Shown: positions 25,968 to 39,393, counted from the first letter of the whole stretch. The stretch: DNA of 63,741 bases, filler included, from Octopus bimaculoides (GCF_001194135.2; 6 parts of 6 records of this genome joined end to end with filler, not necessarily neighbours in it), one strand, 5' to 3'. A program made the numbers and translations. The notes: generated by a model not told the origin, from the letters alone.

Positions 25968-26439
25968 GCGAACACAAATATTAAAAACCTACCAATCAAA
26001 TAGAATCTCTAAACATATTTTTTTAACCTGCTATCACTACACACTTCCTTCAAAAAGATATAATGATTACCCTGAAGAAGTCCAATTATAAAACAGTATG
26101 AATGTGGCAATTTTCTTGACATTAAACAACATGTTCGGAAATTCCTATCTGCTTATTGGGTTTGACAGAAACATATATGTAGGTTCTTAGGTTTTTTATT
26201 AACTTTTTTTGAGCTTTCAGCTTCCAATTTATTTGTAATGTTTTTTAAAAAACCTCATCTTTCTACAACATGCAAATAAATCAGTAATTACACCCATTTA
26301 TTCTCCATTTCCTTCTGTGTGTGTGTATATATATATGTATGTATGTATATATATATATATTTATATGTATACATACATGTGTATATATATATACATACTT
26401 ATATCTACATATATATATACACACACTTATTTATATATA

Positions 26440-27528
26440 TGTAGTGAAACTACCTCCCGCCATTAGATACAAACTACTATCGCCATTACATACAATCTTC
26501 TCATTTAAATATAAATAAATGCGAGCGTAGTAGAGAACCCATTCCTTGTCCATCACGTGACTGATCATTATTCGAATCGGCAACTTCTTCGAACCGTTCC
26601 CGCCAGAACGCAAACTGACCAATCACGGCCCCTAGTAAGGTCACGTGATAGAGTATATTTTTACCATCTGGTGAGCCAATAGTTTGTTATAAATAGCTTT
26701 AACTCATACCCAATAATTTGTCTCGGTCCAGTTTCTCTTTGAGAACTGTTCCGTGTACCACACGACAGCAGNNNNNNNNNNNNNNNNNNNNNNNNNNNNN
26801 NNNNNNNNNNNNNNNNNNNNNNNNNNNNNNNNNNNNNNNNNNNNNNNNNNNNNNNNNNNNNNNNNNNNNNNNNNNNNNNNNNNNNNNNNNNNNNNNNNNN
26901 NNNNNNNNNNNNNNNNNNNNNNNNNNNNNNNNNNNNNNNNNNNNNNNNNNNNNNNNNNNNNNNNNNNNNNNNNNNNNNNNNNNNNNNNNNNNNNNNNNNN
27001 NNNNNNNNNNNNNNNNNNNNNNNNNNNNNNNNNNNNNNNNNNNNNNNNNNNNNNNNNNNNNNNNNNNNNNNNNNNNNNNNNNNNNNNNNNNNNNNNNNNN
27101 NNNNNNNNNNNNNNNNNNNNNNNNNNNNNNNNNNNNNNNNNNNNNNNNNNNNNNNNNNNNNNNNNNNNNNNNNNNNNNNNNNNNNNNNNNNNNNNNNNNN
27201 NNNNNNNNNNNNNNNNNNNNNNNNNNNNNNNNNNNNNNNNNNNNNNNNNNNNNNNNNNNNNNNNNNNNNNNNNNNNNNNNNNNNNNNNNNNNNNNNNNNN
27301 NNNNNNNNNNNNNNNNNNNNNNNNNNNNNNNNNNNNNNNNNNNNNNNNNNNNNNNNNNNNNNNNNNNNNNNNNNNNNNNNNNNNNNNNNNNNNNNNNNNN
27401 NNNNNNNNNNNNNNNNNNNNNNNNNNNNNNNNNNNTACATCTTTAACGCTACAATAAATATCTCTGTTATTCATCTTATACGGTTGTGGTCTTTCATTTC
27501 TGGTCACATATGTTAACGTAGCATAACA
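26440..27528 (+). mobile_element. Possible solo LTR spanning a gap
   Basis: Starts TGTAG out of a TA tract, two CCAAT motifs and TATAAATA before the gap, AATAAA and terminal ...TAACA after it; no clean TSD. Confidence 0.45.
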
Positions 27529-27756
27529 TATCATATATATCATCATCGATATATATATATTGTGAGTTCGGCCGTGTGACACGTTTAAATAAAAGGAGTC
27601 CTTTGTTTTTCCATTCGTCACCATTTCTCCTTTTATGAGTTCGCACGGTCGTCCCTTACATATATTGATAGGAAGGACAACAAAAGAAAGAAAGAGACCT
27701 CAATATTATGTAAATAGAGGAATTTATCTGTAAAAATATGAGACACTTATTCGGTA

Positions 27757-27826
27757 GCCATGATAAAACTCCAAGTTTCGGATGCCGGGATGGGAGCCCA
27801 CGCGAACATCTCTTCAGTTATCTGGC
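27757..27826 (-). ncRNA. Type I hammerhead motif in a PLE-type terminus (host repeat ~27670-27845)
   Basis: Minus strand GCCA-GATAA-CTGAAGA-GATG(22 nt)CATC-C-GAA-ACTTGGAGT-T-TTATC-A-TGGC: 9-bp bulged stem I, canonical core. Confidence 0.7.
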
Positions 27827-28650
27827 CATTGAAAATTCCTGTGAAAAATGATGGTTTAACAAAGGGAAATTACTGTGTGGTGAGCGTCATTAAGACAAAA
27901 GAGCTAATAGACCGCTAAGTAGGTTAAGGTAAGGGAGTAGAGAAATCTATAGGTTCACGTAGGCCCACCGATCCGTCCATCCACCTATATTTATATATTA
28001 AAACTACCTTCGCTTTAAACACACACATGCTCACCCACATACTCGCCAAAAACTATACATGTATGTAAACACACTCATGCTCACCCACACATTCGCTAAA
28101 GACTATACATATATGTACATATGCATATATATATATACACGCATACACATCCACACTCACATGCACACAACAACCCCACACCCATACACATGCACGCCAA
28201 AAAAATTATTTTATATAGAGCTAAAAACAAGAAACAGTTTGCGTGCTGGACTCATGGTGTCCAGTCGCCATTTTAGCAAAGTAAAATGGTTAAAATAAAA
28301 CCACGAAGCCCTTCAAAATTTTATGTAGATGTTTATCAACTTTCAGAGTGAAAGTTGTTGCACAACTTTTAGGCAAAAAATATTTAACAATAACCGCTTT
28401 AAAGCATACAAAATAACCAACTTACATGGAGCCCATTTGACTTGCGTCTGTCCAGATAGATAGATATACGCACACATATATATATATATATATAAATTAT
28501 GAGTTAGAAGTTATACAACTGTCTAAGGGATAAATTTATCTGTAGGCACTACTGGTGCATTACCTCACTATGTATAGGCCTTGCTATAAGGTTCACAGTA
28601 GTTGGTAATTTAAATGGTAAACTGTGGTTTAATATATATATATACATATA

Positions 28651-29240
28651 GGCGCAGGAGTGGCTGTGTGGTAAGAAGCTTGCTTCTCAATCATATGGTT
28701 CTGGGTTCAATCTCACTGTGTGGCACCTTGGGCAAGTGTCTTCTACTATAGTCTCGGGCTGATCAAAACCTTGAGTGGATTTGATAGATGGAAACTGAAA
28801 GAAGCCCATCGTATACACACACACACACACACATATATATACATATACACATACATATATTCTTTTATTTGTTTCAGTCATTTGACTGCAGCCATGCTGG
28901 AGCACTGCCTTTTCATCAAACAAATTGAGTCCAGGACTTATTCTTTGTAAGTCTAGTACTTATTCTATTGGTCTCTTTTGCTGAACCATTAAGCTACAGG
29001 TTTGTAAACACACCAGCATCGGTTGTCAAGCAATGGTGGGGGGGACAAACACAGACACACATGCACATACACACACACACATATATATATGACAGGCTTC
29101 TTTCAGTTTCCGTCTATCATGTCCACTCACAAGGCTTTGGTCGGCCTGAGGCTATAGTAGAAGACACTTGCCCAAGGTGCCACACAGTGGGTCTGAACCC
29201 AGAATCATGTGGTTGGGAAGCAAGCTACTTACCACACTGC
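28651..29240. mobile_element. Two copies of one SINE, tail-to-tail (28651-28812 plus, truncated; 28862-29240 minus, full length)
   Basis: GGCGCAGGAGTGGCTGTGTGGTAAGAAGC head at left, inverse head at right. Confidence 0.9.
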
Positions 29241-29879
29241 CAATATATATAACAAAGTAAAATTGGAAGGTATCACACAAGTGAAAATATATAAGGAAGA
29301 GAATTTGAAAATGCAGAGGTCTTTTAAAGATGTTTACTGACTTGACCGGTTTCACTTTTTTTTTAAAAAAGATCTTTGAAAGTAAAAGGAAAGGCTAAGG
29401 GTTTGTGTAGCCTTTGTGGTGTTAAAACGTGATTAACAAAGATGTATTAAAATACAGTGATAATGTCTTTGACAATGATAAGAAAATGCTAAGAAATAGA
29501 ATCTTTGACAATGATAAGAAAATTTGAAGAGGGGCTTTAAACAGTTTACATAAAAGTGTTCAAAATAGGTTGTAAAATAAATTCATAATTATTTATAAGT
29601 TCATCAAAAATCATGATTGTTATATAAGCATATATACAAAAAAAATTTGTAGACAAAAGCATGTATTGCTTAGTCAAAACTTCATCAGAAATCATATTTA
29701 AATATTTATACAGAAGTTTTAGGGGAATGATCAACCTTTTATCTTCTTTACCAGTCAGGGATGGTTGCTATTTTTAGAAATAGTGTGGGAGGTTAGTTGG
29801 TGGGGGAAAGTATTCACATGATCTGATTTGGAATAGTTTGTGGAACCAAAAGGATTTTTTTGTTTCTGGGCTAGTCTGT

Positions 29880-30930
29880 TATGGTTCAGTGGTTTTTTGG
29901 AGTTCAAGATGATGTGAGTGTGTGCATGGTTTTATGTGTTTGTATATATATGTGCTTGGGCATGTGTGTGGGTGTTTTTCACTGGTCTTAGAGTTCAGTG
30001 GTATGTATGTATGGGTCTTTGTATGTGTGTGTTTTATATTTAGCAGAGTGGTGTGTGTATATGAGTGCACGTTTGTGTGTGTGTGTATGTGTGATTTGTA
30101 TTTGTCAGGATGCTGTGTATGTGTTTGCTCCTGTGTGTGTGTATGTTTACATCTGTGTGTATGTGCGAGTGTGTGTTGTGTTGGTCAGGGTGGTGTATGC
30201 ATGCATGTGAATATGTGTGTGTTTCTCTGTGTGTTTGTAGTGTTATAATTGTCAGGGTCTCTGTGTTCCCCCCCCCCCCGTGTGTGTTACATTTATCAGG
30301 GTGGTGTGTGTGTGTGCATGTGTACATACTGTGTGTGTTTGTACTGTGTATGCATTAGTGTGCGTGTGTATGTGGGTGTGGTTTATGTAGTTTTCAGGTG
30401 TGTGTGTGCTATGTTTGTTGTGGTGAAGTGTGTGTACATGTGCATGTATGTGTATGTTATTTTTCTGTGTGGTTTGTGCATATGTTTGGATGTAATTTTG
30501 TGAGTGTTTTATTTGTATTGTTTGTGCAGTGTGTGCATATACGTGTGGGTGTGTTTGTGTGAGTGTGTCTTGTATTTGTCAGGTTGGTGTGTGTTACTGT
30601 GTGCATGTTCGTGCTTGTGTGTGTGTGTGTGTAGCTGTGAGTATTTGTTGTGATTGTTGGAATTGAATTGTGTGTGTTTTTTTACTGAGGAATGGGCATA
30701 TTCATGCATGTTTGGTCAGCAGTGCTGCCTGGACACTGGTACAGTAGGAAAACTAGGAATTTGGGGAACTTATTTTGTGCACAGAGATCTAAGTGGTATC
30801 TGTCTTGTGGTGGGATCCCTCAATTGTTGGCAGTAGGCTGTCATCATATCTCTGGGGGTAAGACTAGTTTGCCCAATGTAGTCTTTGTGGCAGCCTTAAA
30901 AATTCATTACATGAGATTGATACCATGAAA
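29880..30930 (-). mobile_element. Penelope-like remnant: GIY-YIG C-terminus followed by a long degenerate (CA)-rich 3' region
   Basis: Minus frame CQQLRDPTTRQIPL (~30780-30835), homologous to 49130-49330 and to the PLE endonuclease near 36200. Confidence 0.6.
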
Positions 30931-31245
30931 TTCCTTGAATTAATCTCTATCATTTAAGCTTCATTTATAGTTTGATTTTAAAATAAAAAAGTTAAGTATA
31001 TGTAAATCCAATTTTTTTACTAATATTATTTTCATGATATTTTACCTACAAATTTTGAAGTAAACTTTTTTCTACTGGATCAAATTTCAATTTTTTTATG
31101 CCAAAATGTAACTAGGGACCAGTCCTCTTCAAAAATGTTAACAGTTTTAATTTGATTAAGAACTGAATTAGCGACAAGCTCTAAAAGATGCTGCTTGTGA
31201 GTAAATTGTGGCCTTAAGAGTATTATTCAACTACTACTGTAGTTG

Positions 31246-31290
<45 letters not shown>

Positions 31291-32124
31291 AATAATAAAT
31301 GAGTATATGCATATATACGTACATGTATGTACATACCTACATCTACCTGTATATATAGATGCATATCTGGGTACAGGACATTGCAAACAAAACGTAGATA
31401 AAATGATAAACAGAGTACAGAAAACACACAGGCCACATAGAGAACATTTCCTTCATCAGCTGCCACAATTCTAACACTGGTGTTTCGAAGAGTTAGGGCA
31501 GGACGCATCGTTAAAATGGCTCTTCCCACGGACCACAAATTAAATTTGTACCATGGAGGAATGTAATGGTGGACAGAAAACAAGACAGGAAAACAGTAGA
31601 ATAAACAAGAAAGGCTATATGGCCAAACGTGAAAAATTATGTGTATATTGAATGCTGTGAAGCAACAAACTGGAAGGAAGAGGGACACATGTTTGTATGT
31701 ATGTATGTAATTATGTATTTATGCATGCATATATGTATGTGTGTGTGTGTGTGTGTGAGTGTGCGTGTGTTTGTATATATGTATATATGAATAGAGTGTT
31801 ACGTGTGATGTACAGAATTGAATATTGAGAAAAAAGGTCATCGGAATTTTGGAAAAAAAATCCTTTTATTTCTTTTTTATTATTAGCGCTTTCATTCCTC
31901 TCTAGAACTTGTCAAATACAACTTTGTGAATTTACAAACAGCGTGTTCATTTATATAAAACATGTTTTCTGAGGGGTTTGTTTAGAAGAGAACATTGTTT
32001 TTGTTTTTCTAGGTGAGGTTCCAAGACAATGGAGATGGATAGATAGAAATATAGGTAGGGAGATGGGCTGATAGACAGATAGATGGATAGATAGATAGAT
32101 AGATAGATAGATGGATAGTCAGAC

Positions 32125-32490
32125 AGAGATGTTTCATCATCATCGTTTAACGTCCGACTTCCATGCTAGCATGGGTTGGACGATTTCACTGAGGACTGGT
32201 GAAACCGGATGGCAACACCAGGCTCCAATCTAATTTGGCAGAGTTTCTACATCTGGATGTCCTTCCTAACGCCAACCACTCAGAGAGTGTAGTGGGTGCT
32301 TTTACGTGTCACCCGCACGAAAACGGCCACGCTCGAAATGGTGTCTTTTATGTGCCACCCGCACAAGAGCCAGTCCAGGGGCGCTGGCAACAATCTATTT
32401 CTATTTCACTTGCCTCAACAGGTCTTCGCAGCGGGGTTTAGTATCCAATTTTAATTTAACTCGATTTCGATTTCACTTGCCTCAACAGGT
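32125..32490 (-). mobile_element. 3' end of the RTE family at 61038-63741, with (GAT)n tail
   Basis: Closely matches 62895-63400 (TTCCATGCTAGCATGGGTTGGACG...CCTTCCTAACGCCAAC). Confidence 0.9.
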
Positions 32491-32644
32491 NNNNNNNNNN
32501 NNNNNNNNNNNNNNNNNNNNNNNNNNNNNNNNNNTTAATTAATTAANNNNNNNNNNNNNNNNNNNNNNNNNNNNNNNNNNNNNNNNNNNNTATATATATA
32601 CATATGTGTGTGTGTTGAGAGAAAGAGAGAGAGAGAGAGATAAT

Positions 32645-33896
32645 AGTGTGGACTGAAGCCCTTATAGGCTGACTATCAAGGAATGACGCCAGGCTGTGAT
32701 ATCTTGCAGGCGTTAATTTCAACTCTACTTATTGATAACTCTATTGTTTCCTTCTATGTAAAGTAACTGTTCAAAGAAGACTTCAAAGTAACTCTTAGCG
32801 AATACTCCTGAAAATTAACAACATTTGGCACTGTGGTACTATCAGGTACCTGCAGATAAAGGATTTAGCTACTATAGACATTTATGCTGACATGGTTGCT
32901 ACATTTGAGGATGGCGTCCTTTTGTATCTACAGAGCAAAAGTGGGAAGCTTAAATTTGGAGGGGAAGAGAGAATCCTAAAGATGACTTAAGATCTGGATA
33001 TCTTGCAACGTAAACAACTAACGGAAGCCATTGATCGTGTTAAGCACATGATGATGGATGACAAGGGATTGACAATAAATGAAATAGCCAATGCCTTTAG
33101 CATATCCTGTGAGACATTTGAGAATGTTCTGCTCAATGTATTTGGCTTCACAAAAGTTTCTTCTCTCTGGGTGCCACTTTTTCTGACACCTGATTATAAA
33201 GCGCTCCATGCTGATCACATCTGATATTATTCAAGGCAGATCTAGCTGGTTTTCGTGAACGTCTCCTAGGCTAGAATGAGCATCTGATCCAAACTTTGAG
33301 CCAGATAAGAAAAAGACAATCCATGCAGTGGAAACTCCTCTCTTCATCTGCTCTAAAGAAGGCCAAGGTCGTTTCATCTGTAGGGATTTTGGGGACGCAA
33401 AAGGCCCTTCAAAAGGGACACTCCATAAGTTGGGAGTATTATGCCAACATGCTAAAGCAGTTACAAATGTCTATCAGGATCAGACGCCTAGGAAAATTGA
33501 TGGAAGGGATCTTGTTTCAATAAAACAATGTTCCAGCACACAAGACCTTGGTTTCAATGGCTGCTGTGTGTGAGTAGCTTTCAACTACAATCTATCTTTC
33601 AACTGCCTGATCACTCTCCCTGTTCCACTGATTAGGCCTCATCTGACTACCAGCTGTTCCTCAACGTGAAAAACCCCCACTTGTCTGGGAAACAGCATCG
33701 TAGTGTTGAAGGCATTATATCTGCTGTTGATGACTTTTTGACGAAAGCTTCTTTATCAATGGGATCCAAGTAGTATAACTTTGATGGAAGAAGCGTGTGG
33801 ATCGCAAAGGAAACTATGTTGAACAGTAAACCTCATTTGATCATATTCCGTGAGGGCATTTCAGACATCCAGTGAACTTTTCAGCCGAACCTCGTA
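32645..33896 (+). mobile_element. Mariner (DD34D-type) transposon, near full length, dead
   Basis: VSSLWVPLFLTPD (WVPxxL), SMQWK...KKAKVVSSVG, YYANMLKQL, decayed YSPDLAPSD (CSTD*ASSDYQLF); right TIR ...CTTTTCAGCCGAACCTCGTA. Confidence 0.88.
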
Positions 33897-33901
33897 AATA
33901 A

Positions 33902-33902
<1 letters not shown>

Positions 33903-33974
<72 letters not shown>

Positions 33975-33985
33975 TAGATAGATAG
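33903..33985. repeat. (CAGA)n/(TAGA)n microsatellite
   Basis: Direct. Confidence 0.95.
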
Positions 33986-35026
33986 CTGTGGGTGTTTGTA
34001 AGTATGCATGTATGTTTGTATATCAACAATTGCCGGACATTCAAATGTTTCGTACTGCGGCATACTTTCATATTTACACTTTACATCCCCACATGTTTGA
34101 GGTATAAAATAAATATTTAGAAAAATATTTTATTTATAACCACCTCCAGATTTGTGGTTAATGTAAAATTTTCCATTTGGCTGACATCATATTTTTAAAT
34201 TATCGTAGTCACTCTGTCCTCTTTTTTAAACCAGCTGGCATATATATTTTCATAAAAGATAAAGATAAACTTTTTTCACGTCTCTCTCGGTCGCTTTTTT
34301 TTTTTTTTTTTTTTTTTTGTCACATTTCAAATTAGTGACAGATATAACTTAACACATATCCATGAGTATTTAACAGCTTAAGCAATGTTGGGAAAATATA
34401 TACTTTGGAAAAATAAAGTATGTTGCATAGAATTATAGAAAACCACTACATCAAAACTAGCTGCGTGACATAATGGCAGCGGGCGATTGGGAGATGGTAG
34501 TTAACAGAAGAATTATGAGCAGAGACATGAGAGAAAGTCAAATATGAGAAAGGAAAGAGAGGAAAGAGAAAAGAGACAAAAAGCCTAACAAGAAGCAATT
34601 TCAAATGTCAGTGCATCTGGGTTTAATCAGTTCAAGGTGTTTTTTTTTATCCAATTCTATGTGCATTGCAAATGTCTGAGCTTCTAGAATACCTCTGAAC
34701 AAATGTCGAAATTAAGAACGTCCTTTTATAGTTTATTGTTTTATTTCGTTTTCTCATGGTTGCATAAGTCACACCTTTCACTACCGTTTTGTACATTAAT
34801 ATATTACTTAATACGCATATGAGACGCCTTGGCTTTTAGGTCAAATATTTATTTATCTTCCCTGAAAGAAGGAAAAACAAAACAGTCAGCTAAGTGGTAA
34901 GAGTTCAATTCAGAAGCAATTGTTCGGAATATATATCGCATACATTCAATCCGTTGCTCTTACGAGTCAGCTACTTCATTTTTTGTGTTTGTGTGTGCGC
35001 GCGCGAGCAAGTGTATATACATACAT

Positions 35027-35063
<37 letters not shown>

Positions 35064-35762
35064 TGTATATATACATACTCCCAGCATAGTCACATACTTA
35101 GGATAGGAACGTATCAAAGCATAAAAGAATAAAATATGTATATATATACATAAACATACATATATATATTATATATATATATATAAATATACATATATAT
35201 ATATATATATATATANNNNNNNNNNNNNNNNNNNNNNNNNNNNNNNNNNNNNNNNNNNNNNNNNNNNNNNNNNNNNNNNNNNNNNNNNNNNNNNNNNNNN
35301 NNNNNNNNNNNNNNNNNNNNNNNNNNNNNNNNNNNNNNNNNNNNNNNNNNNNNNNNNNNNNNNNNNNNNNNNNNNNNNNNNNNNNNNNNNNNNNNNNNNN
35401 NNNNNNNNNNNNNNNNNNNNNNNNNNNNNNNNNNNNNNNNNNNNNNNNNNNNNNNNNNNNNNNNNNNNNNNNNNNNNNNNNNNNNNNNNNNNNNNNNNNN
35501 NNNNNNNNNNNNNNNNNNNNNNNNNNNNNNNNNNNNNNNNNNNNNNNNNNNNNNNNNNNNNNNNNNNNNNNNNNNNNNNNNNNNNNNNNNNNNNNNNNNN
35601 NNNNNNNNNNNNNNNNNNNNNNNNNNNNNNNNNNNNNNNNNNNNNNNNNNNNNNNNNNNNNNNNNNNNNNNNNNNNNNNNNNNNNNNNNNNNNNNNNNNN
35701 NNNNNNNNNNNNNNNNNNNNNNNNNNNNNNNNNNNNNNNNNNNNNNNNNNNNNNNNNNNNNN

Positions 35763-37771
35763 GAAGAAGAAGAAGAAGAAGAAGAAGAAGAAGAAGAAGA
35801 AGAAGAAGAAGAAGAAGAAGAAGAAGAAGAAGAAGAAGAAGAAGAAGAGGGAGTAGGAAAAGAAGAAACATACAGGAGTGGTATGACAGTTGTAGGATGT
35901 CGGTGGAAACCTCTTACATGGTGACCTAAATGTGACCTGTTTTAGTTGTAAGAATAGTGATTGGAATTGTTCTGAATAAATTAATGGTTGGTGACTCTTC
36001 AGAATATAGCGTTTTTAATATTTGCGTGGGTAGTAGTGTCATTTGTTGTGGACGCATTTGAAAGGGGTTTATATTTTGTGATAAAATATAACTCTTTGCT
36101 AATGTGCTGACTACAGGTTGCATCGTCCCTGAACTTATAGAGGGGAAAATTCTGAAGCTGGGTTGTTCGTTAGTGCTGCAAATGTCGATGTGTTCGCTGA
36201 ATACGATTTTTCTGTATTCACTAATTTTGATCTGGGATCTATGTAGAGCCATCCTTTGCCGTAGACTAAATTCGGTTTGGCTTATGTCTTGCTCTCGACA
36301 CCCTGAGCAAGTTTATACATATATTAGGTTTTCACTGTGAAGTTTTTCACTGTAAAACGTTGACCTTGTTTGAAAGAGAACTCCGATCCCTCAATTAGGT
36401 TGACGCGTATAACACAGTTAGGTCTTCCGCATTATTTTACTGACAGCTTCGAGTGCACTTAGGCTTGTGTTAGGAGAATTTTCATAGATTTGAGTTGTCT
36501 TTTGCTCTTTACGATGGTGTGCGTTTGGAGGATTAAATTCATTCTGTGGACCCTTTTTAGTCGGGGAATGTTCTGGAAGATGGTATCGAAGGCTTCATTG
36601 TTAAGGGTCCTGTGCTTGGAGATGTATGGTAGGACTTTTGGTTGTAAATACTTCTTTAGTTTGGGATGTCTGAGTTCGTGGATGTTGAGTTGTAGGGCAC
36701 GGTCAACGACTACATCAATTAGTGATGGTGGGTAGTTCCTGGTAATGAATGTATCCTATACTTTACGAAGTCGTGTGTCCCTGTTGCTTGTATTAGAAAC
36801 TATAGTACAAATCCTTTTTGCTAGGTTGAAGGGGATATTCATTCTAGTGTGTCTGGGTTAGCATGAGTCGAACAGTAGGTATTGTTTGGAGTCTGTGAGC
36901 TTATAGTATATACATGTTTCTATTTTGTTGTTGGATTTCTTAACGAGGATGTCGAGGAATAGAAGTTGTTGATGGTTATATTCCATCGTAAATTGAATGT
37001 TTATGTCAAGTCCATTTTATAAGTGCTTGAAATTCTTTAAATCTCTATACTTTCATGTCAAAGAATGAAGCAGTCATCCAGATACCTCTTCCAGTTTTTT
37101 CTATATAGAGGGAAAATGGGTTGGTGTATTTCTCAAATACCGTACGATAAAGACTGATTTCTAGATATCCCATGACTAGGTTAGCAAAGGAGGTGGGGGC
37201 CGTTCTCGTACCCATCGCAGTCCCTGAATTCTGTAGATAGAAGTTGTCTTAGAAGACAAAGTAGTTATTCTCCATGATGAATTTTAGCCCTTCTATCACG
37301 AACTCTTTTTTCATGCGATGTGGGAGTTCATTGGAGTAATTCTCTTGCCAGAATTGAATTGCATCTATTTCTAGGCTGTCGGGGATATTAGAATATAGGT
37401 TGACTACATCGAAGGATACTAATAGGGTGTTTTTGTTTATTGTTTTAGGGAGGTGATTGAACATATCTAGGTCGTCCCTTATGTTGCTTTTGATATGCTT
37501 GAGAAGTGGATTTGAGAGGGTATGTAAAAGGTTACTGAGGCGGTGGGTTTCGCATGCAGGAATAATACCGACGCAAATTTTAAAAACGATATATTCTGAA
37601 CAGTCACCACCCATGAATTTATTCAGAACAATTCCAATCACTACTATTACAACCACAACAGGTCACTTTTAGGTCACTTGAGCATTTCAGAGGATTCCAC
37701 CAAAATCCTACTACTGTCATACCACGTAATTTTCTTTTCCTGCTACCTCTTCTTCTTCTATTCCTACTCCC

Positions 37772-37802
<31 letters not shown>

Positions 37803-37935
37803 CTTCTTCTTCTTCTTCTTCTTCTTCTTCTTCTTCTTCTTCTTCTTCTTCTTCTTCTTCTTCTTTTTCTTCTTCTTCTTCTTCTTCTTTTTCTTCGTCT
37901 TCTCCTTCTTCCTCTCCTTCTTCTTCTGCTACTGT
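35763..37935 (-). mobile_element. Penelope-like element (RT + GIY-YIG endonuclease, decayed) bounded by inverted terminal repeats ending in (GAA)n/(TTC)n
   Basis: LLVSFDVVNLYSNIP, QNSGTAMGTRTAPTFANL, RYLDDCFIL, YYKLTDSKQYL..NIPFNLAKRICTIVS, NLIYV*TCSGCREQDISQT..LRQRMALHRSQI; ~35800-36030 is inverse to ~37560-37900. Confidence 0.92.
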
Positions 37936-38266
37936 GCTTAAACAATCAAAACCAACAACTCAAGTCCAAATATTCTTTTACGACTGCTACTGCCTACTAG
38001 CTACTACCAAGCCTTCACAAGTGTAGAAAAGAGAAAGACACTCGGACAGAAAAAGGAAAATGCACCTTGTATTTGAAAGCTATGGGAATATTTTAAAACA
38101 AACATTTCCTTTCATTTTTCCACGATTTGATCGTTTTTCAAACTTTACCCTAAGTTGAAAAAGTCACAACGACTGAAGCCGGTACTAAAATGTTCTTCAT
38201 GATGAAATTATTTTAGTATTTTCTACCTTGCATTATTTTCGTTATATATATATATATATATATATT

Positions 38267-38304
<38 letters not shown>

Positions 38305-38577
38305 TGGAGATAGAGAGAGAGAGAGAGAGAGAAATACAGGGTGATATATACATAAATATATACACCAATACATGTACATTGTTCATTATATTTTTTGAAT
38401 TTCTCCCTAATGTAAATTTTCTAACCTCGAACCAAAACTCTTTGAAGCCTTCTCAGAATTCAGTCATGCATGTCCATTTGCTGGTATGTATTCAAACTCT
38501 TATGTAATGAACTGTTGCAGTAGATTTATGCAATTCCTTCCTCCATCTCATTCTCCATCTCCAGATACGACTACATT

Positions 38578-38635
<58 letters not shown>

Positions 38636-38860
38636 TGCGGTTGTTTTCATTGTTCGTTACTTTGTTATTGTTATTTTGTTGTTGTTGTCATCGTCGNNNN
38701 NNNNNNNNNNNNNNNNNNNNNNNNNNNNNNNNNNNNNNNNNNNNNNNNNNNNNNNNNNNNNNNNNNNNNNNNNNNNNNNNNNNNNNNNNNNNNNNNNNNN
38801 NNNNNNNNNNNNNNNNNNNNNNNNNNNNNNNNNNNNNNNNNNNNNNNNNNNNNNNNNNNN

Positions 38861-38889
<29 letters not shown>

Positions 38890-38912
<23 letters not shown>

Positions 38913-39392
38913 CACTCAGTAGTCTTATTTTTATCACGTGCTTTCACTTCACTACCGAGCGCAGCTCTGTGTGCCTTGGGTATGCTCTGTGGTTTGTTGT
39001 GATGCTCTTATAGTTACTGTATTGAAAGTGTTTTACGTAGGATGCGTTCGGTACGTAGTAGTGCGATTTTCTGTATGTCATATAAATTTGTTAGTCCTGG
39101 TGTTTTTGTTATGGATTAGTCTGAAAAATGTTTCATCATACCTATTATGATAGGAATTGTGTCTGTTTTTAAACTCCACATTCGAGTTACCTCTATTTCC
39201 AGGTTTTTGTATTGTGAAAGTTTCTCCATTTCTTTAAGAGAAAAGTTGTCATTTATTGGTATTGATACATCAATAAGAAAGCATTTTTTTTTTGTTTTTG
39301 TCTTGAAGATCTCTGACAATTATATCTGGCCTATTGGCCTTAATTTCTCTATTTGTGTGTATTGGTAAATCCCATAGTATGTTTGCTCTCTC

Positions 39393-39393
<1 letters not shown>
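38890..39393 (-). mobile_element. R4/Dong-like 3' fragment embedded in (TAA)n
   Basis: ILWDLPIHTNREIKANRPDIIVRD, CFLIDVSIPINDNFSLKEMEKLSQYKNLEIEVTRMWSLKTDTIPIIIG; (TTA)n on both sides. Confidence 0.92.

Noticed and set aside
29640-29690. Minus-strand CTGATGAAGTTTTGACT
   Set aside because: No GAAA after the hairpin; at most a remnant of the adjacent PLE terminus.
31440-31540. Minus-strand GAAACACCAGTGT and CTGATGA close together
   Set aside because: Motif order and stem I register fit no hammerhead type; probably a repeat end but unresolved.
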